The translations under genes were made by a program, and so were the position numbers. A stretch of DNA of 64,000 bases from positions 5,972-69,971 of the forward strand of contig NW_005201183.1 of NCBI RefSeq assembly GCF_000372725.1, given 5' to 3'. The notes under the pieces are model-generated. The model was not told where the DNA came from. It ran no database searches and worked only from the letters and a program-made list of their open reading frames with translations. This DNA is from Emiliania huxleyi CCMP1516. Lineage: Eukaryota. The first letter of the stretch is position 1, and every line of letters begins with the position of its first letter. This document shows, one piece after another, positions 22,380 to 34,152 of the stretch.

Positions 22380-22945
22380 TCCGTGGCCCCCCCGGTTTGG
22401 ACGAGTGCGCGACGCGGGCGAACCGCTCGAAATGGCCGGTAGCTCGCGCTGCCCGCGGCCGCCCCGGGGGTTTTGGGTAGAGTATTGCTAAATCTCTCTA
22501 GAGCCTCTCTGTCACACCCTGTGCCTGCCGTCTTACGTCTACATCTCGTTCCATTTGTTGTCGCGCTGTGACGCTTCATACGAAAAAGAGAAAATCTCGA
22601 CAGCGAGGCCCAGGCCCCCGAGCGGCCCTCTGGCTCTGCGAGTCGGCCCCACCTCCCCTTCGCTTCGCAAAATCCTCTTTTACGACCTCCGACTCGTCCC
22701 GCCGCACCTGCTCCGCGGCGCGTTACATATGCGAGTAGATAGAAAAAGAAAGCTACCAGTGACGTACGCTCAGTTGCTTCCTTTGCTTTGTTGCCACCAC
22801 CCGTTGCCCTGGCCCGCACCCGCCAAAGAGGAAAGACCTTTGCTCCCGCAAGGTAGGTAGGTAGGAAAGGTGAAGAACAGTCAGGCTCGGACTGGACACC
22901 AGCGTGTTATGGGTGGACGCGGGACAGATGATGACGGCACGCGTG
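22380..22945 (+). repeat. Dispersed repeat family B (degenerate copy at ~54080-54430)
   Basis: Shared blocks GGACGAGTGCGCGACGCGGRCGAACCGCTC and GGTGAAGAACAGYCAGGCTCGGACTGGACACCA...ACAGATGATGAC. Confidence 0.7.
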
Positions 22946-23232
22946 AGCGACACACAGACACACACAAGCTCACAAGACACTCAGCCAGCTGGGCTGCCAC
23001 ACGTCACGAGTAAGCGTACGGCACTGCGCCACTCGCGGCCACGTCCCCCCCGTCGCCCCCCCCGCACTCAAGGTGCCAAGGGCACAAACAACAGCACAAC
23101 AACACACAGACAGGCGACAGGGCACGCGACGTGTGAGACTAGAGCAGGCACCTCCGCCTCTAGCAAACTCGCCGGCCGGCGGGGCACGGACGAGAGCACA
23201 TGCATGTATGTGGGGTCAAGTGAGGTGTCTAT

Positions 23233-24108
23233 CGTCTGAACCACAGCGTGTCCCGACTCGACCGCCGGCGTCCCGGTCCGGGGGTGTTTCTCTTCCTTAT
23301 CCTTTACCATGTAGAGCAAGGCCGAGGGCGGGCCCTTTCGGGCTCGGGCCGCCCTCTCGCCCGCACCTCTGCGGGGCTTGCACGTGGTAGCGGCGGCTCA
23401 AGATCCCAGCGATCTCGAGTTCTTCACGCTATCCACTGCGCCGCGGCTTCGCCGCGCCCATCCAAGCCCAGGGCTTGGTTTGCTGATAACCGCATCTCGC
23501 TCTGCGCATCTCTGAGGCTACCCGCGCGCCGACTGCTACGCGCGCGGCGAGAGGCGCACCCCATCGGGGACAGGATTGAGGCCCCTGTACAAGCTCGGCA
23601 ACGCTGCCGTCGTTGCCCTCCCGAGCCCTCAGCACGATGCCGCACATTGCGTAACCCGTTCTGCGCACATGCCGCAGGGAGGAGTTTTCACTCTCCCGTC
23701 CGAGTTTCTCCTTCCTGCAGGGCGAGAGACATCAGCCTCTCTACTTCCAGGAGAACATCTACGCCACACGCTATCCCGACGGTCCACAACCCACACTCTC
23801 GCTGCAGTCGATCCAGCCCTCGCACTCCCCACTGGAGATCTAGCCGAGGCCCCGGCGGACAGGATTGGAGCCCCTGTGCTGCGTCTGTGGTGATATGTGG
23901 GGGACACTTTCTCCTCCCTATTCATGTCAGTCACTCGACTGCGTCGAGGGGGGGGACGTCTGAACCACAGCGTGTCCCGACTCGACCGCCGGCGTCCCGG
24001 TCCGGGGGTGTTTCTCTTCCTTATCCGTTACCATGTAGAGCAAGGCCGAGGGCGGGCCCTTTCGGGCTCGGGCCGCCCTCTCGCCCGCACCTCTGCGGGG
24101 CTTGCACG
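23233..24108 (+). mobile_element. Non-autonomous miniature LTR retroelement (TRIM-like), complete
   Basis: 152-bp LTRs at 23233-23384 and 23957-24108 (one mismatch). PBS TGGTAGCGGCGG at 23385. [14 protein letters not shown] at 23946-23956. 5-bp TSD TCTAT at 23228-23232 and 24109-24113. Confidence 0.9.
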
Positions 24109-24346
24109 TCTATGGGAAGCTCCCTCTTGCGCTAGGGACCGCAAGTGCGGCTGGACATCGATGCAGAAGAAATCTTTCGGATTGGGGGTCCCCGATCCGG
24201 GCATGCATAACGCGCGTCGTAAGATTGGATTGATCCCCTATCGCCCTGCAGCCCGAACCCTTCCTACCCGAGGTCGTCCGCTGGTCCACGCGCAAGTTGG
24301 CGAGCGCGCTCATCAGCGCGACCAGAAAGGCAAAAGGTCACGCAGA

Positions 24347-25723
24347 ATGCTTGCGCTCCGAGAAGCAGCCGGCGCGGCGCTGCTCCTGCAGCTCGCTCGG
24401 CTCCTCATCGTCGACTCGGCCCGCCGCGCCTCTCTTCCTCCCGTCACCGCAGTTGGTCTGCTATGCTACTCTTTTGCGGCTGCGGCGGCCGCGCTCGGCG
24501 CCCTTCCTCCCGCGAGCGCTGCGACGCTGGAGCCATCAGCCTTGGCAGCGTCGCCCGCACGGCTGCTCGCCTCGCTGCTCCTCTACCGCTCGCTCGCGGG
24601 CCTCGGCTGCCACCTCTGGCTCTGGCTCGCCGCGTGCGAGCGGCTCGAGCCCGCTCTCGGCTCGCGCCGGCTGCTGGTTGTTTTGCTGCTGTGCACTGGC
24701 GGCGCCGCCGCGCTGGCCGCCGCGACCGTGCCGCCCGTGCAGCGCCGCTACGCCTCCTCCCTCGCGCCCGCCACGCTCTTCGCCCTGCTCCAGCTCTGGG
24801 CGCAGTCGTCGCCAGAGTCGACCGTCACGCTGGTCAGTGTGCGGCTGCAGACTCGCAGGCTGCCGTGGGCTCTCCTCGCGGCGGTGGCGATCCTGGACGG
24901 GGTGACGGCCGCCCTATCGCCGCTCCTCGGCATCGGCGCCGCCGCCATCTACCACGCCCTCGTCGGCCTTCCGCACAACGCAGTGCTGCCTCCTCCGCCG
25001 CCGCCGACTCCGTCGCTGCGCCGGCAGGTCGCCGGCGAGGGAGACACGACCACGGAGCACGCTTCCGGCGCCGCCGCCGCCGCCGGCGGCGGCGGCGGCG
25101 GCGCGAATGCGGCCGGCGTCGCGCCGGACGAGGCCGAGGGTGGCGGTGGGACCCGCTCCGGGCGGGTCGCCCAGGCGGCGCTCATTGCAGTGGGGGTGGC
25201 GCTGCTGCTCGGCGAGGGCGGCGGCGGCAGCGGCGCCGCCGCGCGGCTGCAGGCGCAGTGCGGCGTGCTGAGCTCGCTGGCGGATTTGACCGAGCCGCTC
25301 ACGGCGCAGCTGGTCGCCAACTTCACCGCCCTCCGCCTCGACGCCGCCGCGGAGCCGGAGGGCGGGGAGCGGGCGTTCGAGTGGCTCGCCGCGCGCTGGA
25401 GGCTGCTCCCTCACGGCAGGGCGGCGGCGGCATACGCCGCGCTCGCGGAGGGGGGCGAGGAGGCGGCGGAGCGGAGGCAGGCGCTCTATGTCGAGCAGCT
25501 CGACCGCGAGGTCTCCGCCCCCCCCTCTCCCTCTCTCGCACACACACACACATCACAGACTCACACACGCACACAAAGCACCCTCCCACTTGCCACCCTC
25601 CCACCCGCCCCCCGGCCACTCGCCCACGCACTGATCCCCTCCCACCCGCCTACCCAGGTCTCCGCCCTCGTCGCGGAAGTCCTCCCCACGCTCGACACCA
25701 ACTCGGCGCAGGAGGACGACGAG
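24347..25723 (+). CDS. Der1/derlin-like (rhomboid superfamily) membrane protein, 5' exons; may continue into the next feature
   Basis: LPPVT..., LQLWAQSSPESTVTLVSVRLQTRRLPWALL...LLGIGAAAIYH is a Der1 pattern. Intron 25511-25657. 3' structure uncertain. Confidence 0.6.
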
Positions 25724-26081
25724 GCGCCGCCCCGCCCGCCCCGCCCGCCCCGCCCGCCCCCCCGCCCGCCGCCCCGCCCGCCGCCGTGGCCGTCGCCGCG
25801 CCTGCCGACGCGACCGCCGCCGCGTTTGCCGCCGACCGCCGCCGCCGACCGCCCGAGCCGCCGCCGCCCGCTCGCTGTTTGCGGCCCGTCGCCAGCTCGA
25901 CGCCGCCGACTGGTTCTCGTGCGTGCGGCGCGGACAGGCTCTGAACGAGGATCCCTCAGGTGATCTCGCTGCTGATGCGACAGTTCTCGTTACCTTCAAG
26001 TAGCTGACCAGGTAGGTGAGCACGCGTTGAAAGACCGGCGTGAGCTCGTGATGCACGACGCGAGCCTCCCTCGAAGCGAAG

Positions 26082-28593
26082 ATGGAGGCGTTGCGCAAGC
26101 TGCTCGACGGAACGGGCGGGCGCGGGGCTGCGCGGGCGCTAGGGGAGGAGGACGAGGACGAGGAGGGCGAGGGGGGGGGCGAGGGGACCGAGGCGGGGGC
26201 GGCGGAGGAGGAGGGCGGCGCGGCGGGCGGGGCGGAGGAGCCGACCCTGTCCTCACTGCTCAACGCGACCCTCTGGTCGTTTGACTTGTCTGCCGAGAGC
26301 AACTCGAGCGGCACCGCAAAAGGAGTTCCGCTGCCGGAGGTCGGCCGCCCGCCTCCCGGAGCGCTGCCGGAGCTGGTCTCGTAGGCGTCGCGGCGGAGCT
26401 GCTCTCGGAGCTCGACCTCGACGATCTAGATCTGACGGCCGAGTCGCGACCGCAGTTCGAGAGGGCGGTGGCGGCGCACGTGGCGGAGCGCGAGGCGGCG
26501 CGGGCCAGCGCGAGGTACGAGTCGCTCGCCGCGGTGGCGGCGCTCCTCGGTGGAGGGGAGGGAGGGGAGGGAGGTCAGGGAGGTGATGGAGGGTAGGGAG
26601 TTCCGGGCGGGCGAGGCGCCCCGGAGCGCGCGCGCTGGCCGCTGCTCGACGCGGCGGTCTCGCGCGCGCTGGGCCGCCTCCTCCTGCCCCCAAACGCGTC
26701 GGACGCCTCTGCGCTCGCCGCGCTGCGATCCGGACTCCACAACCTGAGCGAAAGGGCCGCCGGCGAGCCGGGCGGAGGCGGAGGGGCTCCGCGCGAGGGG
26801 CTGCTGCGCGACGCGCTCCTCCGCGAGGCGACGGCCGCGGCGCGCGCGGCGGTGCGGCGGCAGTGGCGCAGGGAGCTCGCGCTGAGCCGGCTGCAGAAGC
26901 TGATGGTTCCGCCGGAAGAGGAGGAGGGGGGGGCTCTGCCGCCGCCGGAGGGAGAGGGCGAGGAGGAGGGGGGCGAGGAGGGGGGCGAGGAGGGGGGCGA
27001 GGCGGGAGCGCCAGCCACATGGGAAGGGGACGGGCCTCGCTTGGTGGGCGACGTGTACGGCGGCTTCGAGGAGCAGGCGCGCGTGAGAGGGGCGGCGCTA
27101 GGCGGGAGATACGGGGAGATACGGGGAGATATGGGCGGCGCTAGGCAAGAGACGTGTGCGGACCTCTGACATGTGCCATGTCCACCCGGCGTGCCAGGCG
27201 CGCGAGATGAGCGGCGTCGAGCTGACGCTGGACGTGCTTCGAATGGCCCAGGTCGAGCGGGACGCTCGGCCGCACCTCGGCCGCACCTCGGCCGCACCTC
27301 GGCTGCCTCTCGGCTGCCTCTCGGCTGCCTCTCGGCTGCACCTCGGCTGCACCTCGGCTGCCTCTCGGCTGCCTCTCGGCTGCCTCTCGGCTGCCTCTCG
27401 GCTGCACCTCGGCTGCACCTCGGCTGCCCCTCGGCCGCACCTCGGCCGCACCTCGGCCGCACCTCGGCTGCACCTCGGCCGCACCTCGGCGGCACCTCGG
27501 CTGCACCTCGGCGGCACCTCGGCTATATCTCGTCAGGTGGAGGAGGACGCGCTCTCCAAGAAGGCGCGCGCTGCGCTCGACGCGGCGGTCAGCGCCTTCC
27601 GCTCCTCGCTCGCGCCCGAGGCTGCCGCGCAAGACGGCGGCGGGCGGGCGGAGGTGGGGCGTGGGGAGGTGCGCTTGGCGGGCGGCGGGGCGGGCGAGGA
27701 GGCCTCCCTCGCCGGCTGGCGATCCGACATGTGGGCGGGCGCTTGGGCGGGGCTTCGGGCGAGCGAGCTGATTGCCGTCGGCCTCGCCTCATCGCGGGGC
27801 GAGGACGAGCCTGACGACGCCAACGGCGCCGCGTCCGCGAGCGCCGCCGCAGAATTGCGAGTCGTCGGCGCAGGCGACGGGTCCGATTTTGCGTTGGTTG
27901 TCGGCCCCCCCCCCCCCCCCCCTCCCCTCCTCCAAACCCCCTCCTCCCTCTCGCCGCCTCACCGCCGCGCCGCGTGGACCGACCGCCCCCCCCGCTGTGT
28001 CCTTCCCCCTCGCGGCAGGTGCTCGCGTCGCTCATCCACGGGGCCGGCGGCCGCGCGCGACTCGCCCTCGTCTGTGGGCGCGGCGACGCGGCGGACGGCG
28101 GCTGCAGGCTGGTCACCGAGGTGCGGCGGAGTGCGGGCGGCGAGGCGAGCGCCTCGTGGGCGGCCGCGCGCCGCAGGATGACGGCGCTCCTCCGCGGCGG
28201 CGAGGGCGGCGGCGAGGGCGGCGGCGGCGGGGTGCACTACCGCCGTGACGCCGACGGGACGGTGCGTTGCGGTTTGCCACGGCTCCTTCCTGTACCCTGT
28301 CGCATCACCCTCTTCCGAGACGTGGTGCGCGCCCCCCCCCCTCTGCTCGTCCGCAGGTGTGGATGTCGCTCGCGGTCGAGGAGGGCGTGCCGATGAGCGA
28401 GCAGTTCCCGGGGGGCGCGTACGGCGCCGGGGCGGCCGCAGACGGCGAGGGCGCGCAGTGGTTCACGTTTTGGCCGTTTGACTCGCAGCAGCAGCAGCCG
28501 ATCTGCGCCTTTCACGGGCCTGGCGGAGAGACCGACTCGGTGGGCAGGCCCGCGGCGGAGGCGGCGGTGCAGCACGTCGCGCTCTCACGGTGA
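26082..28593 (+). CDS. Multi-exon protein of unknown function (possibly the C-terminal part of the Der1-like gene)
   Basis: Codon-biased exons are joined in frame by introns such as 27077-27197, 27252-27536, ~27897-28018 and 28322-28356. Stop at 28593. Confidence 0.55.
27265..27523. repeat. Intronic 11-bp minisatellite (CTCGGCYGCAC / CTCGGCTGCCT)
   Basis: About 23 tandem units inside intron 27252-27536. Confidence 0.9.
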
Positions 28594-29286
28594 GGAGAGG
28601 TGGAGCTGAGGAGGACGCCGGAAAAGGGTTCTCGGTTCTCGGCTCGGGTTCTCCGCACCGCTCCTGCCCGACAAATGCAGGCGCGCAATCCGCAGAGAGG
28701 GGTGTCGCAGAGAGGCGTGTCATGGTAGATAGAGGTGTGTGAGGGGTGGCGTGGTGAGACAGAGCCAGAGAGGCGGGGGTGGGGGGCTTGGGGGGGGCTA
28801 TCTGTGGTCTGTGAGAACGCAGGTAGTAAAATTGTTCTCACCAACCAACTCAGTAAAGTCTAAACGAGAACCCAAACAAACACGGGGAGGGGGGAGACTT
28901 TTAGGGTACCCCTGGGGTTCTGAGGGCCGGATTTTTTTAAGACCTTTTAAGAAATGAGGAGGTTTGGGGGCTCAAATTGCCATTTAAGAGATTGCAGGCA
29001 CGGGGGGTCCCTCTTTTAAGACCGTTTAAGAAAATCGGCCTCACCGGAGGGAGCCTACCCTGAAGAGCACAGCCGGCGACGGACCTTTAGAAGGCGCCGT
29101 CGTCCTCATAAAGGTGGGCACTAGGGTGGGCACGATCGGGGGGACAGTCGAATCCGCGAGCACCGTAGTGCTCGCCGAAAAGACCATCCCCATCATCCCA
29201 ACCCCCCGGCGACCCCCTCCGCCCTCGCCGCTTGCCCCGCCAACGGGCACTGCGCGACCCACCCATCTCATCAATCCAGTTCCAGA

Positions 29287-30675
29287 TCAATTGATCTTCT
29301 TGGGCAGCAGCTGGTTCGACAGGTCCTCTCCGTGGCCTAGGCAGCCGCTTTCGCCCTTGCCCCAAGCGAAAGTGGCGCCGTCAGTGGTGATAGCAATGCT
29401 GTGGCTGCTTGCAGCGAACACAGCGACGACGCGCCGCCCAGCCAACGCCTCGATCTTCTTGGGCAGCAGCTGGCTCTGCTCGTCGCCGTGGCCCAGCCGG
29501 CCAAAGTTGCCGCAGCCCCAGCTCCAGACACCACCGTCGGCGGTGAGGGCGAGGTTGTGCGCGTCTCCAGCCGACACGACGACGACGCGCTGGCCAGCGA
29601 AGGCCTCGATCTTCTTGGGCAGCAGCTGGTCCTGCAGGTCTCCGTGGCCCAGCTCGCCAAAGCCTCCAACGCCCCAGCTCCAGACGGCGCCATCGGCGGT
29701 GATGGCGATGCAGTGGCTGCCTCCAGCCGACACAGCGACGACGCGCCGCCCTACCAACGCCACGATTCTCTTGGGCAGCAGCTCGGTCTGCCCGTCGCCG
29801 TGGCCCAGCTTGCCACGGCCTCCATCGCCCCAGCTCCAGACGGCTCCGTCGGCGGTGATGGCGAGGCTGTGCTGGTAACCAACCGACACAGCGACGACGC
29901 GCTGCCCCGCCAACACCTCGATCGTCTTGGGCAGCAGCTGGTTCTGCCCGTCGCCGTGGCCAAGCTTGCCGCAAAGACCAGCTCCCCAGCTCCAGACGGC
30001 GCCGTCGGCGGCGAGGGCGAGGCAATGGAGGGACCCAGCCGACACGGCGATGACGCGCTGGCCCGTCAAGGCTTCGATCTTCTTCGGCTGCCACTGGGCC
30101 TGATCGTCGCCGTGGCCCAGCTGGCCAGAGCCTCCCCAGCCCCAGCTCCAGACAGCTCCGTCGGCGGCGAGGGCGAGACTGTGCGCGTGTCCAGCCGCCA
30201 CGCTCACGGCGCGCTCGCCGCCCAGCGGGGAAGGGAGGCGTGTCGGCGTGTTGAGCCGCATCACGCCCTCGCCGTGCCCGAATAGCTCTGGAGCGTAGGA
30301 CGGCGCCGAGCCGCACGACGAGAGCCGCCCCTCGCCGTCGATGAAGAGGCTGCTCCGATAGCCTGCCGCCACCCTCGCCGGCGGGTTGGCCTCGCGCAGC
30401 AACGCCATAAAGCACAGCCACCGCACGACGCACTCGTCCTCTGGCTGCGCCGGCAGCTCGAAGCCGCGCTCTTGCGCCCACAAGCGGATGCCCTCCAGCG
30501 CCAGCGAGGCGTGGAAGAGCAGCGAGACGGCCGCGACGCGAGCGATGTCGGCGGGGTCGCAGCGAGAGATGACGCGCGCGAGAAGCTCAAGGGGCAGGTC
30601 GGTGAGGGGGCAGCGTGCGGCGGCGGCGGAGGCGGCGGCGAGGCGGCGCGAGCGGCGTTGTGGGGTGCTGGACAT
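29287..30675 (-). CDS. F-box-like + RCC1-repeat protein
   Basis: LTDLPLELLARVI... followed by about six VSAGxxHxLALxADGAVWSWGxGxxGxLGHGD repeats. Confidence 0.88.
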   Translation of the reverse strand: MSSTPQRRSRRLAAASAAAARCPLTDLPLELLARVISRCDPADIARVAAVSLLFHASLALEGIRLWAQERGFELPAQPEDECVVRWLCFMALLREANPPARVAAGYRSSLFIDGEGRLSSCGSAPSYAPELFGHGEGVMRLNTPTRLPSPLGGERAVSVAAGHAHSLALAADGAVWSWGWGGSGQLGHGDDQAQWQPKKIEALTGQRVIAVSAGSLHCLALAADGAVWSWGAGLCGKLGHGDGQNQLLPKTIEVLAGQRVVAVSVGYQHSLAITADGAVWSWGDGGRGKLGHGDGQTELLPKRIVALVGRRVVAVSAGGSHCIAITADGAVWSWGVGGFGELGHGDLQDQLLPKKIEAFAGQRVVVVSAGDAHNLALTADGGVWSWGCGNFGRLGHGDEQSQLLPKKIEALAGRRVVAVFAASSHSIAITTDGATFAWGKGESGCLGHGEDLSNQLLPKKIN

Positions 30676-30682
30676 CGCGAGG

Positions 30683-31130
30683 AAAAGAATTCTTAAGTTA
30701 CAAGCCTCTCTCACAGCACACTGGCACGACAAGGGCGCAGACTGGCGCGTACTGGCACACACACAGGCTCACCACCGGAGCCGCCTAAGCGACTCCGTTA
30801 AGAACGGCAATGCACTCCGCACCATGCACAATGCCGCTCTCCCCGCACGCTAGCTCGTTCACCGTCTGCCACGCCACGGCGGTGTGGAGGACGACAGACA
30901 AGCGCTGCATCTGCAGCCCGTGCCAGTTCTTGGTGGTCCATGTGACCTCGTCCAGGTGCTGAGCGTGCGAAAGTTTATTGCTCAGCTGGTTCGCCGCCTC
31001 CCTCAGGGTGCTGCGAACCTCCTTTCCAAAGCCTCCGAAAGCCTCAAAATCAAACAAACGTAGATCGCAATCCTGCTGCCGCGCAAAGGGGTAATCGCCA
31101 GGCTGCTCCGTGAGCTTTCCCTTGGAAAAG
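30683..31130 (-). mobile_element. 5'-truncated RLE-type (CRE-like) non-LTR retrotransposon 3' end
   Basis: FDFEAFGGFG...QMQRLSVVLHTAVA is an RLE C-terminal pattern. Stop at 30785. 3' UTR ends TGTAACTTAAGAATTCTTTT. Confidence 0.65.
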
Positions 31131-31229
31131 AAATAACGCCGCGGAATCAACCGGACAAGCGCGCACTTGGCGGCGGCGCGCCCGCTTACAGTATGGCTAA
31201 GGGCAACAGGGCGGAACCTGAGCAGCCTC

Positions 31230-31497
31230 TCACGCCACTGCAGGGGAGCCGGGACGTGCTCCACCGCACGCCTCTTCCGACAGGTATATTGGGTGCGCGA
31301 CGCGATCCACTTCAAACTCTGGATAACTCCGCGCCGCGCCACAAGAGAAGTGCACTAGGCCACAGCCACTCGCCCCAACGACGCCGTCCCCATCTCCTCG
31401 CGAAGCCGACCCGCCCGCGGCGGACCCCCCACCTCGTCCTCGCCGAGCTCGAGCGAGCGCTGCTGCGACTGCTGCTGCGGTGCCGGGTGCCGCTGCC

Positions 31498-31528
<31 letters not shown>

Positions 31529-32330
31529 TTGCTGCTGCCGCCGTTCGCCCACAAGCCTGACATGAGGGCGAGGGTCGCCTGGCAACAGACTTGGGGCAGT
31601 CTATTTGGTCTAAACTCTCGCACCTGTCGAGTTCGGCGCGCAGCTCTACCGCCACGGTGGTGGCCTCTGCCTTTGCCGCGCGCTCCTCGTGAAGCTGAGC
31701 AGAGGGCGGAGTGGAGGGAGGGCGCAGCCAGTTACAGGGCCGCGCCGGGCGAGGGAGTCTAGGCACGCGGGGCGGCCGTCGCACCTGCCGTGTCACCTCG
31801 CGGAACCCCTCGTTCTCTGCGACGCGCTGGCTCTCGAGCTGCGCCAACCGCCCCTCGAGGCTCCCGATCACCGCCTCCTGCGGCACACGAGCGCACGCCG
31901 GACCTCGGCCGTGCTGGAGATAGGCGCGGAAGGGGGGGCGTGCGCACACAAACCAGCTCGGGGACACGCGAGGCGGCGGCCCTCCCCTTGGCCTCGGCGG
32001 CACGCGTGGCCGTGTTGGCCGACCATACCGCCTGCTCGTCGCGCTGCATCTTCTCCTCGAGCGTGGCGATCTCGCGCCGGAGGCCTTGTATATCCCTGTC
32101 CCGCTCGGCGAGGAGGTCGCGAAGCGCCTCCACCTCATCGCGCGCGCACGAAACCTCTGCCTGGAGCTCGCTCGCGCGTTCAAAGTGGTAGGTGCCGCCT
32201 GGCCGGCGCAGCAACCTCCTCATCTCTGACTCAAGCACCGGTAGCACGCCGCGTAGGCTCGTCTGCTGCGCCGCCTCGCGCGCGGTGCGTAGCGCATCGA
32301 GGCAAGCCTCGGCGCGGGCACGGCATGGAG
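31230..32330 (-). CDS. Coiled-coil protein (spliced; ends uncertain)
   Basis: Heptad exons (VEALRDLLAERDRDIQGLRREIATLEEK; EAVIGSLEGRLAQLE; LHEERAAKAE) are separated by probable introns. Confidence 0.45.
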
Positions 32331-32363
32331 GCCACCTGATGGAGCGATTGGGGTCTGTGCTGA

Positions 32364-32505
32364 TACCGGCGATTACCGTGGGTGGTGCCCTGCACTCATC
32401 TCGTGTAGCAGCAAGGTCGCTATGGGTGTCGCTTTACCGGCGATTACCGTGGGTGGTGCCCTGCCCTCATCTCGTGTAGCAGCAAGGTCGCTATGGGTGT
32501 CGCTT
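32364..32505. repeat. 71-bp tandem duplication
   Basis: 32364-32434 and 32435-32505 differ by one base. Confidence 0.9.
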
Positions 32506-34152
32506 GTTTACGAAGAGCTGCTCCTGGCGTCGGCTATGGGCGAATATTGTTTTCAAAGAGCTTGGTGCAATGCGTTTTGTCACATTGCCGCACACCTTGC
32601 GGTGGTCTCGAGCACCTCACGGAGCTCGACCTCGCAGCGCAGGATATCCGATTGGTAGGTCTCGGCCTGAGTCGCCAGCTCTGATGGGCGCGGAAGGCCT
32701 TCGAACGCGGCTCGAAGCCGCTGCGGGGACCTCTCTGAGGCATGCATGGTGCCGCGTCTCGGGTTGAGCGCCGGGAGGGAGTGAGAGTGGCCGAGCGTCC
32801 TTCTGGGCGCGTCAGGTCGCCAGCTGGGACGCGCGCCATCGTCGCCGGCGCGAAGGCGAAGCCGCTGGCCGCTCGCATTGGCGACGGCGGCCTCGAAGCC
32901 ACTGCTCGTTTGGGCGGCGCTCTCTCGCGCGCGCATGTATCGCATGTATGTGCACCGTGTCAGCTGAAACGACTCACAAAGCTTCACAATCAGACGACAC
33001 AGACACAGATCACTCGGCGAAGAGTCATAGACATACGGCGTCAACACTCGGACGGCACACTGGGTTCCAGGAGGGCGATCGTTAGCTCTCAGCTTAAGAA
33101 AGAAACAAATCAGTAACCAGCCTCCGGCGGGGCCCCCCGCTACCATCCAAACCCGAGAACAAAGCGCGCCTCCTGCGCGCCTCTCCGAGGCGCTGCGCAG
33201 ATGGTCTACGAATCATAGAGGCTCAAGTGACAAGTCCACACACACACGCGCGGGGGACACACCGCGGTCACCCGCGGGTGCCATCTGCCATACACAAAGC
33301 ATTACTCTCACGACACACGGGGATCGGGTGGAGCGGCGGCGGCGGCGGCAGTGGCATGCGCGGGCGGACGGACGCGGACGGGGCGGAGCAGCGACCGCCT
33401 GGGCGGACCGCTGCTCTGTCTGCCAGAGCGCGCCGTCTGTGCGCAGCTCGAGCGCGGTCAGGTGCACAGGGAAGCGTGGCGGCGCGGGGAAACGCGGCGG
33501 CGGTGGCGAGCAGGCGAGCGGCCCGCGCGCGGCGAGGCGGACAGGTGATCGGCAGGCGGGTGATGGGCCGCAGAGTGACCGCGCCCAGCGATCGGAGGCG
33601 AGCCGATCGTCGCTCGGCCGCAGCTGACCTCGAAGGCGTGCGGAGCGCGACTGTCGGTGTCGGGGGGCGGCCGTCATGTGGCGAGGAGGGAGGACGACAA
33701 GTGCGCGTACGGCTCGCTCTTCATCGGGCAGTCGAGCGGACGGGCGTCGGTCAACGCAAAGAGGGCCGGTGAGGCCGGCGAGATTCGTTGCGAGATACGG
33801 TTCGCGCCCAAACAAGTTTGGACGCTCTGGGGACGCGCCGAAAAACCAACTCGATGGAAAGGGGGCTACTGGGGCGGCCAATTCACACCTCGCGGGACTA
33901 CTTATGTTTTCGTAAACGTAGTCGTGGCCCCCCGCTACGTCGCACGAGTGCAACTGGGTAGCGGGGGGCTAAAAGGGTAAGAATCTCCACCTTGAGAAAT
34001 AATTCATTTAAATCAAAAAAATCGAGCACAATTGCGTTACATGGGCATGGCCGGGGTTTCTGCACCGAACGATCTTACTTTCGGTCTATCGAAAGTGTTG
34101 ATCGATAAAAATTCTTTTTGTAACGTCTCGCCAGTCCCACCAGTTGCCGCCC

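Noticed and set aside
33132..33969. 13-bp inverted termini GCCCCCCGCTACC / GGTAGCGGGGGGC
   Set aside because: No TSD, low complexity and an extra internal copy; too weak to call an element.
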